A stretch of 63,455 nucleotides of DNA, the filler included, from Chiloscyllium plagiosum (Eukaryota): assembly GCF_004010195.1 (NCBI RefSeq). It is 4 parts of one record of this genome, joined end to end, with 100 filler letters (N's around TTAATTAATTAA, not from the genome) between each part and the next. Parts side by side here need not be neighbours in the genome. Positions count along the whole stretch, not along the records: positions 1 to 21,507 come from NC_057711.1; 3 more parts are not named here. One strand, written 5' to 3'. Under the pieces are notes generated by a model, which was not told the origin of the DNA, searched no databases, and saw nothing but the letters and a program-made list of their open reading frames with translations. This document shows, in pieces, positions 1-13,356 of the stretch. A program made the position numbers and the translations under genes. Numbering within the stretch: position 1 is the first letter of the stretch; every line of letters begins with the position of its first letter.

Positions 1-258
1 CTCAACCTCCTTGTCAAAGATTCCTGAGCTGAAGCCTCACTCTTCGATCTAAACTTCCTTAGACCCTCTTTTTGTGGCACGTCTGTGGACTCTTAATTAA
101 GGTTAGAGGAGGTGGGAGGGAGGGAGTCCCTACTTTGTAGGACCTGGGGTTTACAACACACCCACTCTAATAGCAATCACTTACCTTCCCGACCAGCTTT
201 GCGCTCCGTCTGAACTTCCGCCCAGCTCCCGCCGCTCTCTGCTGCGAAAAGACCGTTG
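1..258 (-). mobile_element. Probable 5' UTR end of a CR1-type LINE
   Basis: GC-rich block with an abrupt boundary resembling LINE 5' ends; no coding part inside the window. Confidence 0.4.
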
Positions 259-1349
259 GGGTCGAGATATTTTGTTCTCTCAGAGAATCAAGGGATATGG
301 GGATCAGAATGAGTTCAGTCTAAAGATTAGTCATGATTATATGGTGAAGCATGCTGGACTGTTTATTTTAATCCATTCATGGGATGTGGGCATTGTTGGC
401 TTGACCAGCATTTATTGCCCATCTTCTAATTGTCCAGAGGACAGTTAAGAGGCCAAGGATTTGGAGTCACATGTAGGTCAGACGTAAGGACAGCAGAGTT
501 TCTTCCCTGAACGACACGAGTGATCCAGATGGGGTTTTCAGACAAAAGTTTCATTGTCATAGTTAGACACTTAATTCCAGATTTGTTTTTGAATTCAAAT
601 TGGATTTGAATCCCTTGAACATTACTTGGATCTCTGGATTAAAGGAAAAGGAGGACTGTAGATGCTGGATGCTGATGTCCAGCAAGGATATAATTAGCCC
701 ATCACCTCCCCATTTGTATAGTCCTCTTTTGCTCCTATTCACAGAATAATGACCTTGCAGAAGGAGGCCATTTGGCCCATTGTGCTTGCACCGACCTTCA
801 AATGAGCATGACTAACTCATACTAATCTCTTGCTTTTTCTCCATACCTCTGTACACTGTTTTTGTCCAAATCACTATCCAATGCCCTCTTCATAGCTTCT
901 CTCTATTTATTCTATCCAGCCCAATATTTATTCTTTATGTTCTTATTGCTATGACTAAGTCTAAGAGGCAAATAAATTCTTGTCTTTTCTCCTCCTGAGA
1001 TTGGTTCAACCGATGATATTTTTCCCAATTCAATGTAAACTCAAACATTGTATACAAGCTGATATAATGTACAAAACCTAATAAAAAAAAGTAAAAACCA
1101 GTTCTGAATTCTGTGACACCGTAGCTAGATGCATATATATATATATATAAACATACCATATATAATTTACACACTTAACACATTTACATCTATAAATATG
1201 CACAGACACACACAAGCTAATGGTGGATTCCTCACATTGGGAGACAGAGTGGGTTGTCTCATGATTAACAAGGAAGTAAAAGATTATCAAGGTTGTATCA
1301 GAATGTGGAATTGTGGTCAAAATTGGATTGGCCATGGTTTTATTGAATA

Positions 1350-1610
1350 GCAATCCCCTGACTCACTTCCCAGCCCTTCCCCCCTCCCTTCCATTCCTCT
1401 CAGCCACCTACTGGATTCATCCCATCCCAACCAACCGGGTCGTACCCTCTACCTGTCTCCACCTCACCACCCTGCACTCTCCCCTCCCCCCCACCTTTAT
1501 CTGCAGCTCGCCTTACACCCATCTTTAGTTCTGAAGAAGGGTTACACCCGAAACATTGACTTCTCCTGATGCTCCCTGGCTCGCTGTGTCATTCCAGCCT
1601 CCTGTCTGTC
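1350..1610 (+). mobile_element. Penelope-related terminal fragment with 10-bp TSD
   Basis: Flanked by TTATTGAATA (1340-1349, 1611-1620). Contains ctgaagaagggttacacccgaaac. Confidence 0.6.
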
Positions 1611-1645
1611 TTATTGAATAACAAACCAGGCTTCAGGCACTGAAT

Positions 1646-1870
1646 AGGCGGAGGTAGGTACTGCAGATGCTGGAGATTAGAGTCAAGATTAGAGTGGTGC
1701 TGGAAAAGCACAGCAGGTCAGGCAGCATGCGAGGAGCAGGAAAATCGACACTTTGGGCAAAAGACCTTCATCAGGAAAAGTCCTGATGATGGGCTTTTGC
1801 CCGAAACATCAATTTTCCTGCTCCTTGGATGCTGCCTGACCTGCTGTGCTTTTCCAGCACCACTCTAATC
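1646..1870. mobile_element. Palindromic Penelope-related non-autonomous element
   Basis: ~90-bp inverted arms (1686-1778 versus 1781-1872), flanked by cttcagg(c/g)actgaat duplication. Confidence 0.7.
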
Positions 1871-2349
1871 TTCAGGGACTGAATGGCTTGTTCCTCCTCC
1901 CGATTCATATGCTTGTAGAACAAATAGAGCAAGTTCTGGGGCAAGATGAGGTAGAATTGAAAAAAAATACAGTCCATGGGTGAAGGAATGCTCCAGTATT
2001 GATCTTGAAGTTCTAGTAGGAGTTACAGCTCATTGTTAGAGGCAGTTGTTTTAAACTGCAGTCAGCTCAGCTTTGACAAAGGGTCAGTTAGACTCAAAAC
2101 ATCAGCTCTTTTCTCTCCTTACAGATGCTGCCAGACTTGCTGAGATTTTCCAGCATTTTCTCTTTTGGTTTCAGATTCCAGCATCCGCAGTAATTTGCTT
2201 TTATTTAGTTCAATCCTTTTGTTTGCAGAATAAGTTTGGAGAACAGTCTTTGTTCTAGCAACACTTGCAGATGAGAAGCTTATCCCTGGAATCAATAACA
2301 GGCCTCATTAGGAGCAGCGCATTCCAAGTGTGAGGTAAAAGAGTAGCCC

Positions 2350-4040
2350 TTATTGTCACATGCAGTCGAATGAGTGCAGTGAAAAGTTTGTAATGTCACC
2401 TCTCAGCGCCATCTTAGGTACAAAGATTCAGATACTTAAAGTGTTGTCACAGAATTGAAACTGGAGAGAAAAAGACTAGCTTGGGAATACAGAGTTTAAA
2501 AGTGCAAAATGATATTAAAAAGTATTTTTAAAGTACTCAAGTCATAGTTCATTTTCACTGAGTACGTGCCTGCCGAGCTTGTGGACACCAGGCCATGCTA
2601 CATCCACTGTCCCAGATTCGCCTCGAGGACCCTTCCCCCCTGCTGGCCTGGGCTCGTTCTGCTCCCATTCCGGGCTCTGGCCTGTGACTCTGCTCCCAGC
2701 CCGGCCTGGACCCACTCTGCTCCCACTCTGGGCTCCAGCCTGTGACTGCTCCCAGCTCAGCCTGGGCTTGCTCTGCTCCCACTCCGGGCTCCAGCCTGTG
2801 ACTGCTCCCAGCTCAGCCTGGGCTTGCTCTGCTCCCACTCTGGGCTCCAGCCTGTGACTCTGCTCCCAGCCCGGCCTGGGCTTGCTCTGCTCCCGCTCCA
2901 GATTCTGGCTGTGACTTTGCTTCCAACTCAGCCTGAGCCCACTCTGATCCTGCCCCGGGCTCCGTCTGTTGTGCTCGCTCTGCTCCCGCTCTGGCCCCCG
3001 GCCCACATGCTCTGCTCCCAGCTCTAATACTCAGCCCATGTACTCTGCTCCCAGCTCTGGGCTCTGGCCCACATGCTCTGCCTCCTGCTCTGGGCTCTGG
3101 CCCACATGCTCTGCCTCCTGATTAGGGCTCCGGCCCACATGCTCTGCCTCCTGCTCTGGACTCCAGCCCACAAGCTCTGCCCCCTGCTCTGGGCTCCAGC
3201 CCACATGCTCTGCCTCCTGCTCTGGGCTCCAGCCCACATGCTCTGCCTCCTGCTCTGGGCTCTGGCCCACATGCTCTGCCTCCTGCTCTGGGCTCTGGCC
3301 CACATGCTCTGCCTCCTGCTCTGGGCTCTGGCCCACATGCTCTGCCTCCTGCTCTCGGCTCCGGCCCACATGCTCTGCCTCCTGCTCTGGGCTCTGGCCC
3401 ACATGCTCTGCCTCCTGCTCTGGGCTCTGGCCCACATGCTTTTTTCCTGCTCCGGTCTCCGGCCCACATGCTCTGCCTCCTGCTCTGGGCTCTGGCCCAC
3501 ATGCTCTGCCCCCTGCTCTGGGCTCTGGCCCACATGCTCTGCCCCCTGCTCTGGGCTCCAGCCCACATGCTCCACTCCCTGCTCTGGGACTTGGACCCTG
3601 TGCTCTGGCTCCCCGCTTTGGGACTTGGCTCGCCCTCGCTCTGCTCCCTCTCTGGGGTCCGACCCACGTGCTCTGCTTCGGGCTCCGGCTCTGCCTCCTG
3701 CTCTGGGCTCCAGCCCACATGCTCTGCTCCCTACTCTGGGACTTGGACCCTGTGCTCTGGCTCCCCGCTTTGGGACTTGGCTCGCCCTCGCTCTGCTCCC
3801 TCTCTGGGGTCCGACCCACGTGCTCTGCTTCGGGCTCCGGCCACAACTGGCCTGGTCTCCAGGCCAGGCTGGTTTTGGACTCCGTTCTCCACTCCCTCCC
3901 GGTAAGATAGTTTAACAAGTTAAAAGTTTTGACGGGACGTGATGGGGGAACGAAAAACTGCATCAAGAGGGAAAAAGGAAAAGGGATTGGCAAGCAGAGG
4001 AATTCCAGCTGGAGCATCTCACTCTACCACAATCTTGCCA
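2350..4040 (-). mobile_element. Non-autonomous LINE-derived element containing a GC-rich minisatellite
   Basis: Left end ttattgtcacatg...gtgaaaagtttgtaatgtcacc...ggtacaaa is similar to 11433-11520. Both copies are followed by C-rich tandem repeats. Confidence 0.5.
2650..3845. repeat. Compound minisatellite (core 33-bp unit ctctgggctctggcccacatgctctgcctcctg, ~3000-3570, plus a ~150-bp duplication)
   Basis: 11-aa periodicity in all reading frames; direct tandem copies visible. Confidence 0.95.
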
Positions 4041-5746
4041 GAGATTGTGCTTAAAAATCTTTTCAGGATATGAAAAACAGTTTCTCTCATGTTATTTATA
4101 CTATCCTCTGCAAATTCCTGTGGAAATTGACAATTTTGAACTTAAACTGCTATTTTAAAATGCCCTGCCGAATTTTTAAAAGTTTTCCCTCAAATGAAAG
4201 TCTACAAATTCGAAGTTAGTTACTGAAATGTAAAGGTTAATGATCCATATTATATATCAGGACAGTGGGTTAATTAATTTTGCTCTATTACACTTGTTTC
4301 AAATATTATTTTGATTTCTGGTGATTGTAATGTCATTGGGAACATCTGTCTCTGAATTTTCTATTGTGCATACAGGGTTATGACCATTAGTAACCGGTAA
4401 AGGACTAAAGGCTGCAGTAAAGTTTAATCTAGTTCAAAAAGGCTCTCATTTTCCACCCACCAAAGTTACAACAGGTCAAAATAGGTTTGCAAAACATTTT
4501 ACTATGTCTTTTCTTTGAAGAACTGTATGATGAATATTCTGTGCCTTAGTAAAAGTATCTGCTTAAAATTAAAATTTTCAAGTAAAATATCAGAGCTGTA
4601 ACAATGACTGTGAAGCTGTTGAATTGTCTTTAAAATGCATTCATGCCTTTTCAGGAAGGAAATGTGGAGATGGACCTTCAGTCAGGGATTGGGAACCAGA
4701 AATGAGGCCTAGTTTCAGATGCTGACACTGAACCGCATGTCCATGGGCCACAGCCACAGTCATTTTGAAGTCAGGGAGTGGGCTCATCAGGCAATCAAGA
4801 GAACTCCCATTGCTGAACAGCCAGTGGAAGGTGCTTTTGAATTCAGTGATTGTCAAGGTGGCAGCTGTTGGTGTGAACATATAGACAGTGAGGCACATAA
4901 GATCGTCCATTTTAACTTTTTAAAAGCCACTGTTGCCTGTCCGTGCTCCTGGAGGGACAATCTCTTTCAAGAATAGCCAGAAACCATTATCGGTATCTGT
5001 CACTATGGGTCAGTTGGAGGTTAATGCACTTGCATTAACCATTCATAACCCACCCACTGCTCTGAACCCACCAGGTCAACTGGACATGGGCCCCATAATT
5101 AAATTTAACTGGCCTCAGATATCTGTCCACCATTTTGCATTGGCCACTGTTCCGAGGCTGAGCCACCCTTGATTGAATTAGCTTGCTATCAATATTATGG
5201 CATAGATCGAGGCCAGTTACACCAAACTATGGACCCAGCTGCCTCCAATCCACACCCCAAATCACTTTTAAATTTTGTCCTTGCAGTCATTACCTGGTTT
5301 AGTCTGTACATGTTTCCAGAGATTGACTTTTAACTGCCCTTTCCATTGGACTAGTAATCCACTCAGTCGTATTTAGAAAGAAAAGAGCAAGGATAAAATT
5401 GAATACATCTATTCAGTTGCAAAGTAGACATGAGATCACGACACTGTAACAGCACACCAGTCCAGCTAATGCTTTAAAATCTGTCTTCCAGAAAAAAGGG
5501 AGCAAATATTGAACAAGACATTCTTGCTGAACAATAGCTTGATATTTTCATTTTTACTGCATCATATCTTTCAGACTCCAACATTGCTATCTGTGGTGTT
5601 CTCCACCAGAGGATATTGTAATGTTGTAGCAAATTACTGCAGATGCTGGAATCTGTACTGGAAATGGAGATCACAGCAGGTCAGGTAACACCCACAGAGA
5701 GAAAACAAGCTACTGTGTTCCAAATCCAAATAACTCTTCATTAGAG

Positions 5747-6305
5747 GAGAAAGTGAGGTCTGCAGATGCTGGAGATCAGAGCTGAAAATGTGTTGCTGGA
5801 AAAGCGCAGCAGGTCAGGCAGCATCCAGGGAACAGGAGAATCGACGTTTCGGGCATAAGCCCTTCTTCAGGAATGAGGAAAGTGTGTCCAGCAGGCTAAG
5901 ATAAAAGGTAGGGAGGAGGGACTTGGGGGAGGGGCTTTGGAAATGCGATAGGTTGAGGGNNNNNNNNNNNNNNNNNNNNNNNNNNNNNNNNNNNNNNNNN
6001 NNNNNNNNNNNNNNNNNNNNNNNNNNNNNNNNNNNNNNNNNNNNNCTCAGCACCGCCTTCCTAACCTGCAATCATCTTCCTGACCTCTCCGCCCCCACCC
6101 CACTCCGGCCTATCACCCTCACCTTGACCTCCCTCCACCTATCGCATTTCTAAAGCCCCTCCCCCAAGTCCCTCCTCCCTACCTTTTATCCTAACCTGCT
6201 GGACACACTTTCCTCATTCCTGAAGAAGGGCTTATGCCCGAAACATCGATTCTCCTGTTCCTTGGATGCTGCCTGACCTGCTGCGCTTTTCCAGCAACAC
6301 ATTTT
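5747..6305. mobile_element. Penelope-related element with inverted terminal arms spanning an N-gap
   Basis: 5779-5959 is the reverse complement of ~6120-6310. Flanked by aactcttcat(t/c)agag duplication. Confidence 0.65.
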
Positions 6306-6324
6306 CAACTCTTCATCAGAGCCA

Positions 6325-6760
6325 ACATTCCGCCCATATCCCTCTAAACCCTTCCTATTCGTGTATCCATCTAAATTCCTTTTAAATATTATAATTGTAC
6401 CAGCCTCCACCATTTTCTCTGGCAGCTTGTTCCATACACGCACTACTCTCTGCATGAAAAAGTTACCCTTCAGGTCCTTTTTAAATCTTTCCCCTCTCCC
6501 CTTAAACCTATGTCTGGTAGTTTTGAACTCGCCCACACTGGCTATTCACCCAATCCATACCGCTATTGCTTTTATAAAGCTTGATAAGATCACCCCTCAA
6601 ATAAGAGCAGTATTTGAAAAGTGGCCTTCACAATGTCCTGTACAGCCGCAACATGAAGTCCCAACTCCTATACTCGATGTTCTGACCAATGAAGGCAAGT
6701 GTGCCAAACACCGCCGTCACCATCCTGTCTACCTATGACTCCATTTTCAAGGAACTATGC
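6325..6760 (-). mobile_element. CR1/HER1 LINE 3' fragment
   Basis: HRFKGRGERFKKDLKGNFFMQRVVRVWNKLP, the CR1 ORF2 C-terminus. Confidence 0.85.
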
Positions 6761-9700
6761 CCTGACACTTGTACATCATTTGCAGTTCCCTCTAAAGTGC
6801 TCCCAAACCAGATTGGAGTGAAGTGTGAGAGAGAAAGAGAGAGGGTACATAATGTTTAGACATAATGGTTGAAATCAGCAGTGGTGAGAATTTATTTCAT
6901 CAAGAATCTGAGGCAGGAAAGTGGTGAACCTAAACAAAAAGTTTGAAATGAGAGTTGGAATCATGTGAAAGGAGGGGACAATATCATAGGATTAAGTGGA
7001 CAGGAAAAGTAGCCAAGAGAGGAGAAATGATAGGAGGCATGATGGGGAAGGAAAGACCTAGAAGAAGTACAGAGAAAAGAAGAAGGGGGATAATATTTTA
7101 TGAAAGATAGCTGCCTAAACATACACATCTTTGGAGAAAAGGCAACTCAGGCTACATAAGCCCAGTTATATAGTAAGGTTAAGATAGAGATGTCCCAGTA
7201 ATAAGCAGGGACTGGAGAGTAGACAATAGGAGGACTTTCAGAGGTAAAGAGGTTTCATTGAGTTTGATATAAGGAAGGTGAGGTCAGCTTGCAGCATCAA
7301 TGATAGTATTCATCACTAGCAGCTTTCTTAATTGAACCGGGTATGTGCATACTATGGCTTCAACAGTAGGTCAGAAGCTGGGTAGTCTGCAAAACTACCT
7401 CTTGACTGACCATATGTCCAAATCAGGAGCGTGATGGAACTGTCTCCACCTTCCTGAATGGGTGTAGTTGCAATGTAATCAAGAAGGCCAGTGGGATATA
7501 TCCTTTATTGTATGAGGATTTGAACATGTAAGATTGTAATGCTTCCGTTTTAGAAGGCATTGCTGATAGCATATCCCAAATATTGTGTGCAGTTTTGGAT
7601 TCTTTATTGAAGGGAGGATGTAAATGCATCGGAGGTGGCTCAGAGGTGGCTTATTAGTTTGACACTAGGAATGGGTGGGTTGTCTTATGAGGAAAGATTG
7701 GACAAGCTGGGCTTGTTTTCCCTAGTTTATAATAGTGAGGGATGGATTGATTGAAGTTTGGAATGTGGTCAACTTGGTCTGTGCTTTCTGTTAATCTATG
7801 TCTACGAAGACAGGTAAACAGAGGAATTTTATATACTTTGGTAAAATCTTTAACTTTTGCGATAACTCCAGGAATAGTGGGCCATGATTTCTAGCATGAT
7901 ACTCCTGTGAGGCATGACAATAATATGCAACACGCAGTGCAGGAATTCACAAAACTACCTTTGGCAGCACCTTTCAAAGCTTTTACTTTTACCAGTTGGA
8001 AGGACAAGCGCATAGATGCAATTTGCCAATGGGTAGCGCACAATTTTGACTTGGAAATGTATTGATGTCCTTCCATTATAAGTGGGCCCAAATGGTAGAT
8101 TTCACCCCTAACAGCACCAGACTACAGCCATCCACTGAATAGAAACTCACAATAATCACTGAATTTAAAAGTGACAGCAACATTGTGTTAGAAAAAAACT
8201 AGCTGAGCAGATGAAGAAAGCATTAATTAGTGAAATGATGGCTAACAATTTTTTGATGTAGTTGACACCTACAATTGTCAATTTAACCAAATAGTACTGT
8301 ATTGCTGAATGATGTAGGTTTGATTAAAGTGGGAATGATGTTCTTGTAGTTATGGTGCTGGAGTAATAATGCAGGGATTGATTGTCCCCAACTCCCATCC
8401 ATGCCAACTTGTAAAGTTGAATGAAGTTGATTCAACTGCTCTCAGTGTCTAACGAGTGAGATACATAGTCTGGACAGACTACACCAGACCAGGAAGAGTA
8501 GCAGGTTCCCTTCCTTAGATTTGTGACTCAGTTGTTTACAGGATATGTTTTTCTGATATTAGTCAGTTAATGAATAATTCAATAAAACTTAATTTTATAA
8601 CTTGCCATAAGTACAAAATGTGAATTCAGTCCTCTCAATTTTAACTCCTGCTCGCTGGTGGAAACTGGGCAGAGGTACTCCTTGGGACCTGACTACTTTC
8701 CCAACGAATTGGATCCAACTGGTGTTTTCAGCAGGCAAACAGGTCATGCTCAGGAAGGGTTCAGTGTCAACTAGATAGGTGTCTGGTGGTGCCCTGTCAC
8801 AGATCATTCAGAGGGTACAATTTGTTGTGCACTTTTACATGAATGTTGTAGATTGGAACTCTACATTATGATGATTGTAGGTCCATTTATTTTTCCATCA
8901 TTTGGCTGACCAGGAACCTCTTCTGCTCTTACAGCCTGCTAATGGGCTGCCAGGAAAGGATTTGCAGGTTGATAATCAATTTAACTGGCTACTTTCGAAA
9001 TACGCCTTGGGTGGTTCTTGAAAGTGGAGCTTCTTCCTCAGGGGCAGGGATGTTACCCATTGTGCCATAAGTCCTTCTATTACAAGTTGGGTGGCAAACA
9101 GTAATTGTAGCCTTGGCCCTGAGCAAGTGAGCTGTACATGGTACACTTCATACAAGGTCAAACTATTGAGAGCTAGAGATCCCTGGGAAAGAGTTTTTTT
9201 TAAAGTTATGGTTTCAGGAAAGGCATGAGTGCTCCTGCAGACCACACAAGGAAAGCTTTAACCCCTCCCAACCCCTTCACTTAGTCCAACACTGATAGAC
9301 CTAACCCTTATTGTTCCTGACCAGGATTCTCAAAGGCACAGACAGTGGTTCTACCTCTATAAGGTAATGCCAGCAATTGCTGTGCATTTGTCTCCAGGAG
9401 GGTGTTTTACTTGATGCAGAAATGCTTCTGTTGTCTCCCAAAACATAAGAAACTGATTGGATCCAGTAAAATCAAACATTAGACATACATTGGAATAAAT
9501 AAAAACAAAGTACTCTGGATGCTGGAGATCTGAACTAAAATCAGAAAGTGTTGGAGAAACTCAGCAGGTTTGGCAGCATCCAATGATCCAAGGTAAGATG
9601 GTTTATAAGCTCTTTATACCCTCAGGTCGTATGCTCTGATGCAATGATAATGTCATGAGCAGGTCTCTTAAAGGCATGCTGAGACATGAGACATAACTCA

Positions 9701-11385
9701 ATAGGAACATTGACACTAAACCAGCAATCATATTAACTCTGTCCAGCCTAATAATGGTGGCAGACATTTAAGGCCCTGCTCTAGAAATAGCAATTCTTTA
9801 TATTGCAGACCTTTCAACAATAGCAAATACGCAATGGATCATCCTGTCAATATAAAAGGCTTAAATTACTGAGCTCAAATCTTGCATTGCAAAGGGATAA
9901 AACACAATTAGAGGAGAGATTCAGTTGGAACTATTAATTCATTGAATAATTTTGTAACTTAAAACTCAGCTTTGCTGGAGCTGAGGTTTGAATAGAGCAC
10001 TTTATAAAAAATCTTGAGCTGTTTTTAATTATGAAGCAGAGACTTGGAACTGAGCCTGGAAGGTCCCAGTGATTTGGTTCATGTCTGTCATGGATTCATA
10101 ATGAAGCCATTTAAATGGCACAATTTCAAATACATTGGTTGCCATTAAACATTACTATTTTATTTGAACAACTGTTGCAACTCAAAGATCTTTAAATTTG
10201 CGAACATTATATTTGACATGGAAACTCTAGCCTTTGTTTTATTACATAATATTAGCACAAAAGTCACGTTAGGGTCATGATTAGTCCCTCATGACTAAAA
10301 GTGTAATTGCCAAGGTAATGTAATTTTCAGACCTTCACTACTGCTCACCCTCGAAGCCTTTATAATGAATTTATTCAGTGGTTATAAATAAACATCTATT
10401 ACACAATACAGCAAGCAATTCCTTGAAGGTTAGATAGCTGCACTGTGGCTGTTAGACATTCAAGGATAAATTCACCAGAACCATATTTCTTGAAGACATT
10501 TATAGTTATTCTTGAGAAAAATCACATATTGTCAATTCCCTGACACGTGCTACGCTCACGCTGGTGTCTGGTATGCAGAGTCAGTGATTTCATATTATCG
10601 CTGATTCCTGGTCCGTACTGAGTCAGCCAACTTTGATTCTGAAATCATTTGAACTATGGTCACCAAATGAAAGTTTCCATACCCCCAAATTAAATTTTTA
10701 ATTTTCTCAGACTTTTAGGTATTTTGCAGACATCACTTTAAGGATTGCTTACTTGCCAATTCAGTCTCCATCAGCAGGTGCTCCATCCCAATATTTCAAT
10801 ACCATGACCTCTGTTGGTGGGAGAACTGGTCTTTTTACATGAAATCACAGAATTTACAACACAGAGGTAGATTACACAACCAAACTGCTCTATGCTGGTG
10901 TTCATGGTATTCATACAAGCCACATCTCATCCTGCACCATTTAATTTTATTTCTTTATCCTTTATTGTCTTCTCTATCTACTTTCTCTGAACTCAGATTT
11001 GGTTTCATTGGATTTGCTTTTAGTTGGAGGAGATGTACATTATATTTCAGATGGGGTAGATTTACTTCAAAAGTATTGTGAGGCAAATTGTTAAAGGAAG
11101 ATATATGAATAGACAAAATTAGGGAGAAGCAATTCAATTATACAGGCAACAGACTTAAATTCTCAAATCAGTAATTTAAAACAACTTGACACTTGAATCT
11201 GCTTCCTTCCCACTCCTGTCCTGATTAACCTGTGACAGGAAAAATGTCAGACAGACATCTGCCTGCGCCACCAAATGAGGCCCTATACAAGGCCATTATC
11301 ATCTTGGATGATGCCAGATCAGAATCCCAAGTTTACAATCTGAAATCCTTACTAACAAAATAAATCCACAAGATTTTATTGTGAT

Positions 11386-12171
11386 TGTAATGAGGTCAGC
11401 CAGTTGGATCTCAGAATCGAATAGCATATCCTATATTGTCATGTGTACTCGAGTACCATGCACAGGAGTCTCGTGAAATGTTTACAATGTCACCCACATA
11501 TTGACATTTTGGGTACAAAATATCTAGCTACTGTTCTAGAAATATAGAAAAATAAATGAAAAAAGGAAAAGAGTTACATTACTCACAGTTATTCATAGTA
11601 AAGGTTACATAAATGAGAATTAAAGAGATATACATTACATTCTTTCTATAAAGGGCCTGCAGTAGATCAGCACAGGGGGCTTCCACACATGGTCTGACTG
11701 GGCTCACCAGCCTCTACTGACCTGCACCAGTCCCCAGTCAACGCTCTGCTCAGACCCCCATCCTCCTGACCATCCCCCTGACCCTCCCCTCTCTGCTCAG
11801 ACCCCCATCCCCCTGACCATCCCCGCTCTGCTCAGACCCACGGCCCCCTGACCATTCCCGGATTGCTCAGGCCCCCTGACTATCCTCAGATTGCTCAGGC
11901 CGCCCTCCCTCTGACCCTCCCCACTCTGCTCCAGCCCCCTGACCCCCCTCCCCGGATTGCTCTGGCTCCAGCCCATTGAATACGAGTTCGTGAGTGGGGC
12001 TGTTAATTTGGTCCAATGAGGGAGCCCTGACTGGCAGATAAAAAAAGGAATGGCAGAATTTCTGCACTCAGACAACTAACTCTGAAGAGCCCGTACTCGA
12101 GTCAATAACTCGTCGTGTATAAATAAAGAGTGACTTGTTGATGGGATACCAGCCTCTGTGGAGTTATTTCA
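11386..12171 (+). mobile_element. Short solo LTR interrupted by a nested insertion (~11425-11977)
   Basis: TGTAATGAGG...GTTATTTCA termini; CCAAT, A-rich TATA-like site and AATAAA (12122-12127) in order; GAATA at both ends of the nested insert. Confidence 0.6.
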
Positions 12172-13356
12172 GATTCCAAATTTGAACAACCAAGTATAAA
12201 CTTTGCATATCAAATCAATCAAAAACACATTGACCAGGTTGACACCGGTCTGATAACCCAATAACTAGGCCGTTAAATCGTATAAAAGGAAAACTGGGTC
12301 CAGACTATGTGCTCTGACCAGCACTATTCATGCATCAGAACTCTTGGTCTGCTGGGCATCTGAGTTCACAGCTGCTGCCCAGAAACATGGTTTGTTGGTT
12401 TTATAACATTCTCATGTGAGGACTTCATCTCAACACCTCACTCAGCAGTTAGCACTTACCAGAGGGGGAATCCTGAAAAGCATACCCTATCAGTCCACCG
12501 AGAACCTACCACTTACCCTTGCCGTCAAACACTCCCTTCATTCACCTGTGGCCTATGTCTCTCAGCAATCTTGGGCTCCAGGTGGGTTTGTTATTGGCAT
12601 CAGCCTTCCCTTTAACAGTACCATGCAATCAAGGGCTGCCGAATACAATTGTCCACCAACTCTCAGTGGGTGAGTCTTACAATTCTTGCGGTGCTTGATG
12701 CCAGAGAAGGCCTGATGCCACCCATTTAGGTGCATAATTGGCACTTCATGTGGTGGTCTAGCTGCTAGGCAAGACCCCATCACCTACATTTATTCTGATC
12801 ACTGTTTCCTCTTGTGGGGAAAACCTTATCGAGAGAATGTCAATAAATAAGGAAGTCCAATGGGAAATTAACAAGAAATTTTATCCAAGGAGTGGTAAGA
12901 ATGTGGCATTTGTAACAATGGTGAATGGTTGATGAAAATAATATACATGCATTTAAGGGATGTTAGGCAGGCATACGAAGGAAAAGATGGTTATGATGTT
13001 ATATTTAGATTGGCAGAGTTGTCAAACAAGCTCAAGTGGACCAGAGAAAGTGACAGGTTCCTGATGAAGGGCTTTTGCATGAAACGTCGATTTTCCTGCT
13101 CCTCGGATGCTGCCTGACCTGCTGTGCTTTTCCAGCACCACTCTAATCTAAACTCTGGTTTCCAGCATCTGCAGTCCTCACCTTTGCTAGGTTGAAATAA
13201 ATGCTCACCTTCTGCACCATATATCAATCTAATCTTCTTGATAAGTGAACTGAATTCAACTGATTTGTCCAAAGATATTCTAGAAGTTCATTACTTAAAA
13301 AGATCATAAATAATTCTGAAATAATTTCACCCCACAGCTGTTTCACTCCCACAGCA

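Noticed and set aside
935..1353. Short ORFs over an AT-rich stretch with an (AT)n microsatellite
   Set aside because: Low-complexity sequence with no homology or splice support.
2542..4017. Overlapping 145-328-aa repetitive ORFs
   Set aside because: Translation of a stop-poor 33-bp minisatellite.
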